A program made the translations under genes and the position numbers. A model generated the notes under the pieces. It was given only the letters and a program-made list of their open reading frames with translations. It made no database searches and was not told the origin of the DNA. Positions 13,701 to 25,745 of a stretch of 64,000 bases of DNA are shown here, in pieces. Source of the stretch: Lingula anatina. Lineage: Eukaryota; Animalia; Brachiopoda. The stretch's first letter is position 1, and the number at the start of each line of letters is the position of its first letter. Where the stretch lies: positions 1,488,001-1,552,000 of the forward strand of contig CM120642.1 of NCBI GenBank assembly GCA_051362555.1, given 5' to 3'.

Positions 13701-15569
13701 TTGACATCATGGTCAAGTTCACAGAGGTCATCAGAGGATAGCTTACATGTGAAGAGATTTGTTGAGTGGCGCCCATAAGTGAGAAAGCCCATAAGTGTTT
13801 GTTTTGGAGAAAAATCACTTTAGGAGATACGGTTTTGAAATCTATTTTAGGAACACCCTGTTAATAACCCTGAGTTTAAGAGGGTACTGGAAACTTGCCA
13901 CTCTACTCTCAGTATGCCTGGACAGTTAAGACAGTAGAGAGGTGAGTTTCTTGTGTCAACTGAAACTCCGGGTGCACATTAGTAACACCACATATGCCAT
14001 TACTGTATTTATTAAACAAATACTTCTGCCTCATGGATAGAACTACCTCCACTGACTGATTAATTCAAATGTATTACATTATTTCATGCTTTGGCTCAGA
14101 ATTTTGATGTAATTGGCTTATACTTTGGGGTTATATGATTAGATTTGTCTACCTGGTGACTGAAAGTGAAAAGGTGTTGGAGAATGGCATGGGTTTTGAA
14201 ATTTATATTTGGAACATTATTATGAAGGTAATTGGCAATTTTGAGATGTTAGGGATTTTTGTATCCCAGTTTATATTTGGAACATTTCTTTGGAACCAAG
14301 TGACTGCAGGCAATGTGGCAACTGGTGCCAGACGGGAGGCAAAGTTGTCTAAAACACATCTAATGAGTCATGTGATTCTTATTTTACCTGGCACTTTGCA
14401 CTGAGGTATGTGTGCAACAAGGACAAAATTGATTTACAACCCAGACAGTGTTCTGGTCGTAGAAACAGCCCAAGGGAACAAAGGGGTGCCAAAATAAATA
14501 AACTCCTTGAATTTCTTTGAGCAAAAACTGTTTTACCTGTTCTGTGTAATGGTAGGGTTAGATTCCTGACTAGTCTGTAAGAAAAAATATATTTATTATT
14601 TTTAATGCCAAGTTGGATAGCTTTATTTGATTCAGATATACAGTTATATAGAATGGGGAACAGTTTTGTGTCTTAGACTTCCTTATATTGACATTGAGCA
14701 GAGCAAATGTAATATGAAATGAGTATAGGTGTGGTTTTTTATCTGTGTTATGGCACATTGCTGAACTTTGTTAGTAAACCACAGGAAGCAATTAATCAAA
14801 AATGATTTGCTACTAACTAAAATCAATATATTGCATCACCAGGCTATGTTCCAAAGGTTATCTGCAAAAATTTCAGCCTGGAGCAGTCTTTTTTTACCTT
14901 TGAGTTGTTTGAAGCTGTAATTTCTGCCAAACTTGACTTGCATGGGTGTTGAGCCCAATCCAACTTTTTTTTGGTAAAGTTCAAGTTTTCTAGCAAACGT
15001 TTCCAGCAAAAGAAATCCTAAAATGATGTATTTTGACAAACTGGTGGGAATGTTTACCATCAGTTGAAAATTGTTGTTGTAAGCATGAGGCAAAAAGGGT
15101 GGTAAACGTCAGAAAAGAGGACAGTAACAAATGGTCAAAGAGCATATGTGTATGTCAAATCACATAGAAATCACATCTAGGGAAATGTGGGTGGGAAGGG
15201 CAGAGGTACTGTATATACATGTATACTGTACATGCACCATATATAAGACTGTAGACAGGCAAGTTTGGGGGTATCAAAAGAACCAGTCAGAAAGTGTCCA
15301 CTCTGAATCTAAATTTGATCCAGGTTCTATGCATTTTCATATCTTAGGTTGATTTAAGGTATGAAAAGACACATTTTTCTTTTTGGAAAAAGAACCCATT
15401 TTGATATTGCTGGCTAGGGTCTCTGATTGGAAATGGTTGTAGAGATGTGAGTTTCCAGTGTCCTCTGAAAGGTGTACCTGGCAGGAAAACCACAAGACTG
15501 GTTTCTTCCAGTTTGGTAAATGGCTTTAAATATCAAAACAGAGTTGAGTCACCATGGAAAGCTCCTCAG

Positions 15570-15925
15570 CTTCTTGTAAATTAACTCAACATCACAAGTT
15601 TATCTTTTGTCAGAAATTGTTACTTTTCTCAGAGATTCTGGCTTCTTGTAAACTTGGCCTCACAATTTTATCTTATGTCATAAATTGTTACTTTTCTCAG
15701 AGATTCTGGCTTCTTGTATGCACTTGGCCTCACAAGTTTATCTTATGTCAGAAAAGTGTTATTTTTCTGGGAGATTTTGACTTTTTGTATAATCAGCATT
15801 ACACATTAATCTTATGTAAGTCTGTCCCTAAATATAGAAATACTAATAGAGTTAAGTCACTAGGCTTCTACTAAACTGAACATCACAAGTCTAATGTTTG
15901 AAAAATGTTCTTTTTCTGAGAGATT
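15570..15925. repeat. Degenerate ~68-70 bp tandem repeat, 3-4 copies
   Basis: cacaa(g/t)tt(t)atctt.tgtca.aaattgttacttttctcagagattctggcttcttgta recurs at ~15593, 15661 and 15731. Confidence 0.8.
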
Positions 15926-16728
15926 TAGCACAAGATTTTGGAAACCAGTTCTGTGATAAATTGATAATTGGACCCAGATGAAAGCTGCACAGTCTTGGCA
16001 AGCAGTTTCAGAAATTTGAGAGCAGAACTACCTTCTGTTAGCACAGTTGACTTTACCTGAATGATTTTCACTGTCGATGAGAAATGGGAGTCTGGAGCAT
16101 ATATCCTGAAGGATTGGTTTGTCACTACCCAGTACTAGAGGATCAGAGAGGCGATACCACCTATTGGGTGTGTACCAACAGCTGGTGTTAGAACAAAAAT
16201 GGTCATGATTCTTGCTGTTGTTATCGCTGCTGAAATTACCTGAATCTCTTTGTTAGCTTTTTTACTGTAGAAGAAAATGGTGGTCAGGAACATACTTGTA
16301 TATCCCAAAGATCTGTTTGGAACGTAGCAGGTAATATAATTGTGTTAAAGCAAATGAAGATGACAATTTCTTTATTTTTCTGTCTTTTTCAGTGAAATGC
16401 ATACAGGTACCTATGTGTATGGAGTCACACCCAGCCTTGACAGTCAAATCTTCCACCCCACAGGCTGCAAGTGCCATACAGTACTGCTGGCTTGAACCAT
16501 ATAGTGCTCTGTCAGACAGGATTGAGTCATTTGAGGCATAAATCAGAAACTGCATGAACACTTGTCTTAAACACCTATAATTGTGATTCTTGTACACAAA
16601 CTGTGGCCAGGACTAACAGTAGAGACGGACTGAACTGCATTTTCCCCTTTTGACGTCTACCACACTGTACATTGTATGGCTCTCATGGTTTATGTACCTC
16701 CCAGCCATATTTCTTGTGAACCATTGTG

Positions 16729-19700
16729 ATGCCAAACTCTGGACAAGAACCACCAACTGAAGAAGTCATGGCTTTGGAAAGCCTCCCAGGTGATTTGATG
16801 CACTGGTATAAACCTCCATGTAACTTGTCTTCCTTTCCAATTCTCAAAGTCATCTAAGTTATTTTCAAAAATACCCTGTTACAAATTTTTCTTTTACTTT
16901 GAATTTTCAAATGTTTTCAAGTATTACACTGTATCCCAATTCTCTAAATATTTATGTTTCGAATTATTTTTCAAATACTAGAAATTATTACAATAAGATA
17001 TTTATGTGATTGATAAGTTCTTGTACTTGTATAATCTCTGTGACCTGTTATGTAGAAGTGTTAGTACCAATAAAGATAATTGTTAAATCTTGCTGTAATT
17101 TTAGGACTGTTTGGTTCATTTGAAGAAGGCTACATCCATGAGTATTATTTCTCTGAGACCTCCCATGCTCTGGCTCTCCTGCAGGGATTAAATCATCAGC
17201 GCGCCCAGAGCATCCTGTGTGATGTCATCATCTGCGTTGATGGACAAGACTTTCCCTGTCATCGTAATGTGTTGGCTGCCTGTTCGCCTTACTTTCTGGC
17301 CATGTTCACTGGTACGTAGACTATTCAAGTAAAAGGGATTGGTTGCTGCACTTTTTAATTTGTCAGAAATGTTTTTTGGGCTAATTAGTATAATTTGTAC
17401 TAATTAGAACTAAAAATAATTGCATTCAAAAACTTTTTGAGTACTCTTAAGTGATTTCTTTGATTGAAATTAACAAAAACACAGAAAAGAAAATTGTGAA
17501 TCTAGTCAGGGTGATCTTCTTTTTGCTATCTTCATATATAGTGCCTTCATGATTGCATACCAGAGAATTGAGAGAAAGAGTGAGAGATTTAAAAGAATTC
17601 TTCATAATTTTCTAGGAGACATGAAGGAAAGTATTGAAAAGAGAATCAACATCTCTGGGATTTGTGCCAACATTATGAAACAGTTGATAGATTATGCCTA
17701 CACAGCCAGTATAACCATAACCCGCGAAAACGCTCAGCAGCTCCTTTCGGCTGCCAATTTGGTCCAGATTCAGTCAATTCGCGAGGCCTGCTGCAAGTTC
17801 CTCGAGAAGGAAATGGACCCCAGTAATTGTCTTGGGATTCATTGTTTTGCTGAAGCACATGTGTGCCTGAAGCTGAGTGAAAAGGCCAAGCAGTTCACAG
17901 AAGGCCACTTCACAGAAGTATCCCGCCATGAGGAAATTTTGCTTCTACCCCAAAATAAATTGGTTGAGTTGATAAGCAGCGATGAATTGGAGGTGGAAAA
18001 TGAGGAGATTGTCTTTGATGCTGTTCTCAGTTGGGTGAAACATGAACCTGACACCAGGGCAGCAGTGCTGGCAGACGTTCTTCAATATGTCCGTCTGCCA
18101 TTGGTCAGTCCCTACTTCCTGTTTGATAAAATGGAGAAGGAATCTGTTCTACGCCTGTCTCCAGATTGCAGAGCTCTCATAGATGAAGCCCTGAAGTTTT
18201 TCATCTTGAAAGTAAGGGAATGAGTGGTTGGTATTGATTAGTTGAAAAATTAAACAAATGAAACCACTTCTGAAACAATTGAATGGTATGGTACTAACTG
18301 CTGTACAGGGATTATAAATAAATCTAATTAAAATTTACACTAAGTAAGAATTTCATAATCTGCAAGTTATCCTTTCCCTTGCTGCATAAATATTTGGAGT
18401 TTATTTTTTCCCCATATAATTTCAGGACAGAAGACTTGAAATGGAATCACCACGAATCAGGCCAAGAAAGTGCATGGCAACCACTGAAATGATCATGACA
18501 ATCGGAGGTGAAATCTTCAACAAGAATTACCTCAATTGCGTGGACTGTTATGATTTTCAAGAAGGACGCTGGTGGAAGTTGAAGGAGCTCCCATTCCCTC
18601 GCTGTCATCACAGTGCAGTGCTATCAGACAATCAACATGTTTACATTGCTGGTGAGTTATGATGATGATAACTTGATTTGGAGATCTTACTAATATTTTT
18701 GATTTAAGGCAAATTACTTTTTTTTTCATCAGACCCAAAATTGGATCCAAAATAAAAAAAAAAAAAAGAGAACACAGGTGCCAAATTTTGTTAATTATTT
18801 GTTTATCTACATGTATTTGTGATTTAAAATTTTTTATTTGATTTATTGTTTTACCTCACCCATCCCAACCCTTTAATATAACTATAGTCCTGACTGTTAC
18901 TGTATGGTACTGTCTGTTTCAGGTGGATTCAACAAAGACAAAGTTGTACTGAATAATGTGCTGAGATATGAGAAAGTGCTGGATAAATGGATTAGGGTGG
19001 CCAGCATGAATACACCCAGGGCAAGACACGGTAAGTATTTACTGTTACATAAGGATATTTCTCAAGACAAAATATTAGATGATCACAAGTGAGGAAAAAG
19101 CTAGATAATGAAATTAGAACTTGATACACAAAATCAATTGTTGGTTAATGATTTATTGGTTTTGGTACACTGTAGATATATGATAAAATTATTATAATAT
19201 GATAATTCTTAATATTATTCAGCATATTTTTGTTGCCCTCTAGGTATGACAACCTTTAATGATATTATAATCATATGGTAATCATATTATAATGCTATTT
19301 CCCAATATTCTTCAATGTATCATTGTTTATCTCTAGGTATGACAACTGTAGATGGTGGAGATATTAAAATAATGATATGATGATGATATAACAGTGATAT
19401 TTTCTAATGTTATTCACTAGTTCTGTCATTATTTCACTCTAGGTATCATGACAACTTAATGGTGGGAATACTATGTTATTTTAATGCTATTATAATGATA
19501 TGATAATGATATTCCCCAATATTATTCACTTTGTCATTGTATCAGGTATGACAACTCTAGATGGAGTCATGTATGTCCTGGGAGGCTATGATGGTCAAGC
19601 CAGAGTGGACACAGTGGAGAAATACTGTCCTGAGACCAACACCTGGTCATTTGTCCAGTCTCTGGGTGTGGCGGTCAGCAGGTGTCAGGCTGTGGGCTTC

Positions 19701-19928
19701 AATGGATTCTTGTATGTCGCAGGTAGCTGTTCACTTTGCTATTAGTGTGACTTACAGTAGCCACTAATATTTTGCAAAACTTGTCAGACGCATTACTATA
19801 CAAAAAAATTTTTGGTCACAATTGTATGTCATTTGTACAGTTCATTTGTTAGTACTACCGGTACAGTAAATGCGCAGTTTTAATAGAAATGCATGTAATA
19901 AAATGCAGTGTGTGTGTTGAAACCATAT

Positions 19929-19963
<35 letters not shown>

Positions 19964-20057
19964 TTCAGGAGGTGTAGTTGACCCCAGTAACCAATGTACT
20001 GAGATGTTCCAGAGATATAACCCCAGAATTGACCAGTGGGAGACGGTGGGTAGATCT

Positions 20058-20119
<62 letters not shown>

Positions 20120-23100
20120 TAGGTCTTTTATATGGATTTATTATAAAAGATGAAAAATAATGATACCAGTTTTGAAACTCTGTGCCTTGATATTTGATAA
20201 TTACACATATTTGAATGCAGGTAAAAGGTGTTTTTGAGGCCTTGTTTGTTTGTTCAGCAATTAAATTTATTTTCAGGGTCATCATTTTGACTCAAATATT
20301 CAAAAAAAAAAAAAAGATGACTAAGTTCAGTTTGCCCATTGTAAGGAAAGTTTGTCCTAGAAAAAACTTCCAAAAAGACTAAAATTGATTTGGCTGAAAT
20401 GATGGTGTCATTCAGATAGAGCAATGAATTACTGCAGCAACTTCCAAAAGTAGTCTCCATCTTGTTGATGATCTATATACAATTTGGTTTTATTGGCATG
20501 TTTTTAAATTGCCAAACCTGTTAATTTTGATGGATAACTTATTAGATATATTACATGTATATACTGAAGCATCATTTTATTAAAAAAAATAATTTAATCA
20601 GTCTTATCTCTACAGTTGGCCCCGATGCCGCAGCCTGCCTGTCTTAGCGCATTGTTGGTGGCCCGAAACCAGTTGTATGCAGTGGGTGGGACAACAGACA
20701 TGGTAACAGCCAGTCGTCAGCTCTGTCTGTATGATGTTGAGAGGAACCGATGGTCAGAGCTGTCTCCTATGACAGAGACCAGGTTTGATGCAGGTAGGTG
20801 CAATGGTCACAGCTGTCTCCTATGACAGAGACCAGGTTTGATGCAGGTAGGTGCAATGGTCACAGCTGTCTCCTATGACAGAGACCAAGTTTGATGCAGG
20901 TAGGTGCAATGGTCACAGCTGTCTCCTATGACAGGGACCAGGTTTAATTGATGCAGGTAGGTGCAAAAACAATGGTCAGTTTTGTGCCCAAATTTCACTT
21001 TATGCACATATCTCATTAAATCATTAAATTTATATCCATATGCTGGATGTAAGGTACTGAAAATTATATCGCTTCCATTGATTCTCATTTTCTTTGTTCT
21101 TTCCTTTATTATGTACAGACACAGATGTGTCTTCTAAGTTGATTGTATCAAAATGACAGTACACTGATTATTTTGTTCTATGTAAAAAAGTACGTGTTGA
21201 AATAGAAATAAACTCATTTCAGTACAGCTATCTCTTGTTTTAAATTTTTGGTCAAAATTTGACCTACTTGTGTGCTCCGGTAGTGTACAGCACAGTGTTA
21301 GCAGAACATATTACGTAGTTCAAATGTCATTTTGCGGGTATTATATGAAACAATATTTTGGTATATTAAGTCACACTTTTTGAAACATTATGATGGAATT
21401 TGGTGAGCTTATATGACTTCAAATGCATCTTAAAGAGGTATAAATCTAAATAATTCATTTTAATTAAAATTCATAACTTTCTGATAATTAAGATATATTT
21501 ATATCTAATGCACTTGGCTATATGTAATGAACAATTAATGTTGTATGTTATGAATGTTTTTAATATCCTATAAAATAATCAATGTTTTGAAAAATACATA
21601 AAAGAATAAGAAAAACCTTTAGATAAGCTATTTTTCAAGGGAACAGTCTTAATTAGAATCACAATTAATAATCACAATCTAATATTTCTATGGATTTTGA
21701 TGACTTATGTTGTCTGATTTCAGAAAGAATTAGAATAATCCTAAAGTTAACATCTTTAAACCCAATATTTATGGAGGATTTTCAAGACTAGAAATTCACT
21801 TTTGATTTTACCTGATATTTAGTAATTAAAAATTAAATTACATCATGGACGTCATTATACTGATATGTTTTGAATAAATATGAATAACTTTAATCTTTAC
21901 CCTCTGTTAGTTGTCATTAATTGTAATTTTTTTTTGTGAATTCCTGGATATTTTAACATTTTCCCAACCGTTTATTGCCAGTAGTTGTGAAATTAGGGTT
22001 TTAAATTAATGTATTTTAGTTTGGTTGATAGGGCAGGTCAAAGGTCTGTGTACAGGCTCATTAATCTCATTCCAAACTATTGGTCTAAGTAGATTAAACC
22101 AACTCTTTGGAGACTCTCGCTGATTGCATTCAGTTTAACAGCTTGTTTCCAATGTAGTTCTATATACATGTAATTACCAGCCTTTCTATATTATTCTCAA
22201 TGCCAGGAGGGAGCATTTACGTGTATCTGTGAAACTATAAGTCCTTTAAATGTATTCAGTAAAATGAAACGAAATGAAGTCCTTTCTGATATTTTTAAAT
22301 ATCTAAGCTGATTGTGTGAAGATTCCATTTGGTGCAACTGTGTTTAAAACAAATATTGAGGGGTGGGGATATGTATGGAGGGTGGGTGGGGCACTCAGGA
22401 AAATAAGGGGAGTATCCCCCAAAGCCTTCCTGTGCTTATGACTGAGTGGTTTAAAAAAACGAAGGGGGTCTTTGGTGGCCTCTCTCCCTTTGACCTCCTT
22501 ACCCTTTGCGTACTTTGCTTTATTATGCTGTGCATATCTTAGAAAAACTGTGAAGGCAGAAAATGATGAGTTCAATTAGCCAAGAAAAGCTAATCCTATA
22601 GTTGAAAATGATTACCATATACCTCTTTTGTGATCTTAGGAAAATTTCCTACGGTGGTTCTATTAAAAGAATAATAATTTCCAAATTAATTATCGCTTAT
22701 CATTATCTTTATTCAAAGGCAAAAAATATAGGAAAAGTATCTAGAGATTCGCATTATATTATCGAAAACTAGCGATTTTCCTTTTTGTCCAATTATCAAT
22801 ATTTTGCCCAGCAGGGATCGAGCGGCCGGTACTTTTTGCTGCAAAAACTGTTCATTGTCTTCGATATCAAATTTTTATTTTGAAGATCCTTTGGATAAGA
22901 AAGATACTAGTTAAATCCTAAGTTTCTGATTACCTGAGGTCTCTCATCGCATATCATGCAGCTGTGCAACCTGTAAAAATTTCTATCGATGAACAAAGGA
23001 CTGTCTGAAGTGAAGTCCAGGGAATCAATAATGACTACGCCTTATGAAGTAAGAAGTGAAGAAACCATCGGCCATGAAAAGGAGCTTCCTTCTTTAGGTG

Positions 23101-25699
23101 GTGATTATATAAATATGTTTGTTCAGAGACAAAGAACGTATTTAGCTGAAGAAAAAAGAATTTTAAAAGAAGATGTGGATGATCGAAACGGGTTTGAAAA
23201 AAGCGACGAAGAAGGACAAGAAGGTCAGCAAGAGACTAGCTCAGAGGTTGAAGGTATAAGTCAAGAAGAAGCATCATTTATTGCTGCATCTTTCCAAGTC
23301 ACAAATGAGACTGCTAATTCAAGAAGAAAAGATTCAAAACAAATCCCCAAGTGTATGGTATGTGGTCCACCCAAAGACAATATCAAGAGGGAATACACAA
23401 AGCTCTCCTCTTGTCCAGATATTGAAAAAGAAATTCGTGAACTTTTGAAAATACTTTCACCTCCTGATGATTCAGATGTCTGCTGTTGCAGGTGTCTAGA
23501 TTTCATGAAGTCTTATCAGACCATGAAGAGGGAGATAATAGCTCTCCACATCGATGCACAGCTACATGTACAATTACATGACGATGACAATCATTCTGGG
23601 GACTCAGATTCAGAAGAACTTCAGTTGAACAATGAAGGGAATAAAGGTCACAATCCAGATAAAGATGTTGATATGCTTATCAAGCATGAAAGTATTGCCA
23701 TTAAATCTGCAGATGAAGATGATTCTGTTGGAGAACATGTTACCTCACAAAAACGCTTTAAGTGTCAGTACTGCGATAAAACGTATACACAGAAAGAGGA
23801 TTGGAGAGTGCATGAGAGAAGACATACTGGAGAAAAGCCATTCAAATGTCAGCATTGTGACAAAAGATTTTATAGGAAATATTCTTGCGATCAACATGAA
23901 AAGCTGATGCACATAGACAGACCATACCAGTGTAAGGTTTGCTTTAAACCTTTCCCAACCACTAAAGACTGTGAGGAACATGAAAGTACCCACACTGTGC
24001 AAAGACCTTACCAGTGCCAATACTGTGACAGATCATTTGACAGGAAGGATGCATGGATTGAACATGAACGGATTCACACTGGAGAAAGGCCTTTTAAATG
24101 CAGACAATGTGGCCTGGACTTTATTAGAAATAATTCACGTGTAAAGCATGAAAAGATAAAGCATGGTTTATTTCCGGTGAAAAAAGTGAATGCTAAGGCC
24201 AAGGAAAGTGAGAAGAAGACCAGCTTGGAGATAAGACCATATAAGTGCCAACATTGTGATAAAACATTCAATAGAGTAAGTGAGCAAATTTTACATGAAA
24301 GAGTTCACACTGGTGAGAGACCCTTTAAATGTGAACACTGTCAAAAAGCTTTTACAAGAAAAAGTGCATGTCTTAAACATGAGTATAAACATAGTGTTAA
24401 CTTTAAACCCATGGACTGTTCCAAGTGTGGTAAAACATGCATAGGAAAGAAGTCACTTGACTACCATATGAAAACTCACAGAAGACCTGGTGAAAAATCA
24501 TTCAAATGTGGCGTGTGTTGTAAGGAATTCCACTCAAATTTCCAACTGGATGAGCATGAAAGAACCCACACTGGGGAGAAGCCATTTCTATGTCAATACT
24601 GTACTAAAAGCTTTGCCCAAAAGTCGACGTTGTTGTCGCATGAAAGGACACAACACACGGGCGAAAAGCCATTCAAATGTCAGTATTGTGAGGAGCATTT
24701 CCCCACCAGATTATCTCGTAGTGAACACGAACGTTTCCACACTGGAGAAAAACCATTCAAATGTGATTTCTGTGACAAGAGGTTTGTAAGGAGAGCAAAT
24801 TGGAGAGAACATGTAAAGAATCACATGGGAATTAAACCACATGTTTGCTCTTTTTGCGGGAAAGGTTTTCTTAATAAACAGCCATGTGTTATACATGAAA
24901 GAACTCACACTGGAGAGAAACCATTTCAGTGTCAGTACTGTGACAAGAGGTTCATTAGGAAGGCAAAATGTAACGCACATGAAAGAACCCACACTGGAGA
25001 GAAAGCAGTCAAATCTGGAGACAAATTGAGAAATCTGGCTAAAGTTCACAAAAATCAGCATGTTGATGAAACGTTAAAGAGTCCAAACACCACTAGTGAT
25101 GCTGGATCTTTTATGAGCCACCTCTCAGAAAATGGATCCAGTAGTCAGCACCCTGATAACTCGTATGTTAATCAGAGTTCTGACAACATATTCAGGAATC
25201 AGCAACCTGAACTGCCGTGTAGAGCTCCATATTCTAATAATGTGTTCCCTACACCAGAAGTGGTTTACCCTGGAGATAACCCTTTTATGTACAATATGTA
25301 TATGCCAGGAATGTAATTTTAAAGTTATGATTCCTTTCAAGTTGGGTCTATCTGATTCTGTACCTATTGAAAATGGATCACTTATTTTGTGCTCTAGAAC
25401 TTTCAAAAAATGAATAACTTTTTGTCAGTAGTTTATGGTACAAAAAAAATGGGAAGTGAATCTAATGAAAGATGACGACATTTCTTTTTGTAAAATATGG
25501 AATGATGTGAAGTGCAAAGTGTAAATAGATTGGTAGGTAAAGATCATTTCTAACATCTATGTGGAACACATTATATAGAAAATAACTAGATAAAAAGATA
25601 TACTTGTAACATAGAAATAAGCATGCTTGAAACTGAAGGTCTTAAAATCAGGTAAGATCATGTTATTTGCCCAAGACAGGGAATTTGTCTTTGACTTGC

Positions 25700-25745
<46 letters not shown>

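Noticed and set aside
10717-16390. Hidden gene between the ClC and Kelch genes
   Set aside because: Only short low-information ORFs, and no consistent exon chain was found by eye. The region is probably UTR, intron or intergenic.
16393-16540. Possible 5' exon or ~42-aa upstream ORF of the Kelch gene
   Set aside because: An acceptor-like site and open frame exist, but no homology or splice partner can be supported from sequence alone.
20758-20966. CRISPR-like array
   Set aside because: The units are contiguous with no unique spacers, the context is eukaryotic, and there are no cas genes.
23261-25413. Overlapping alternative-frame and antisense ORFs in the ZnF gene
   Set aside because: They are shadow ORFs with no recognisable motifs.
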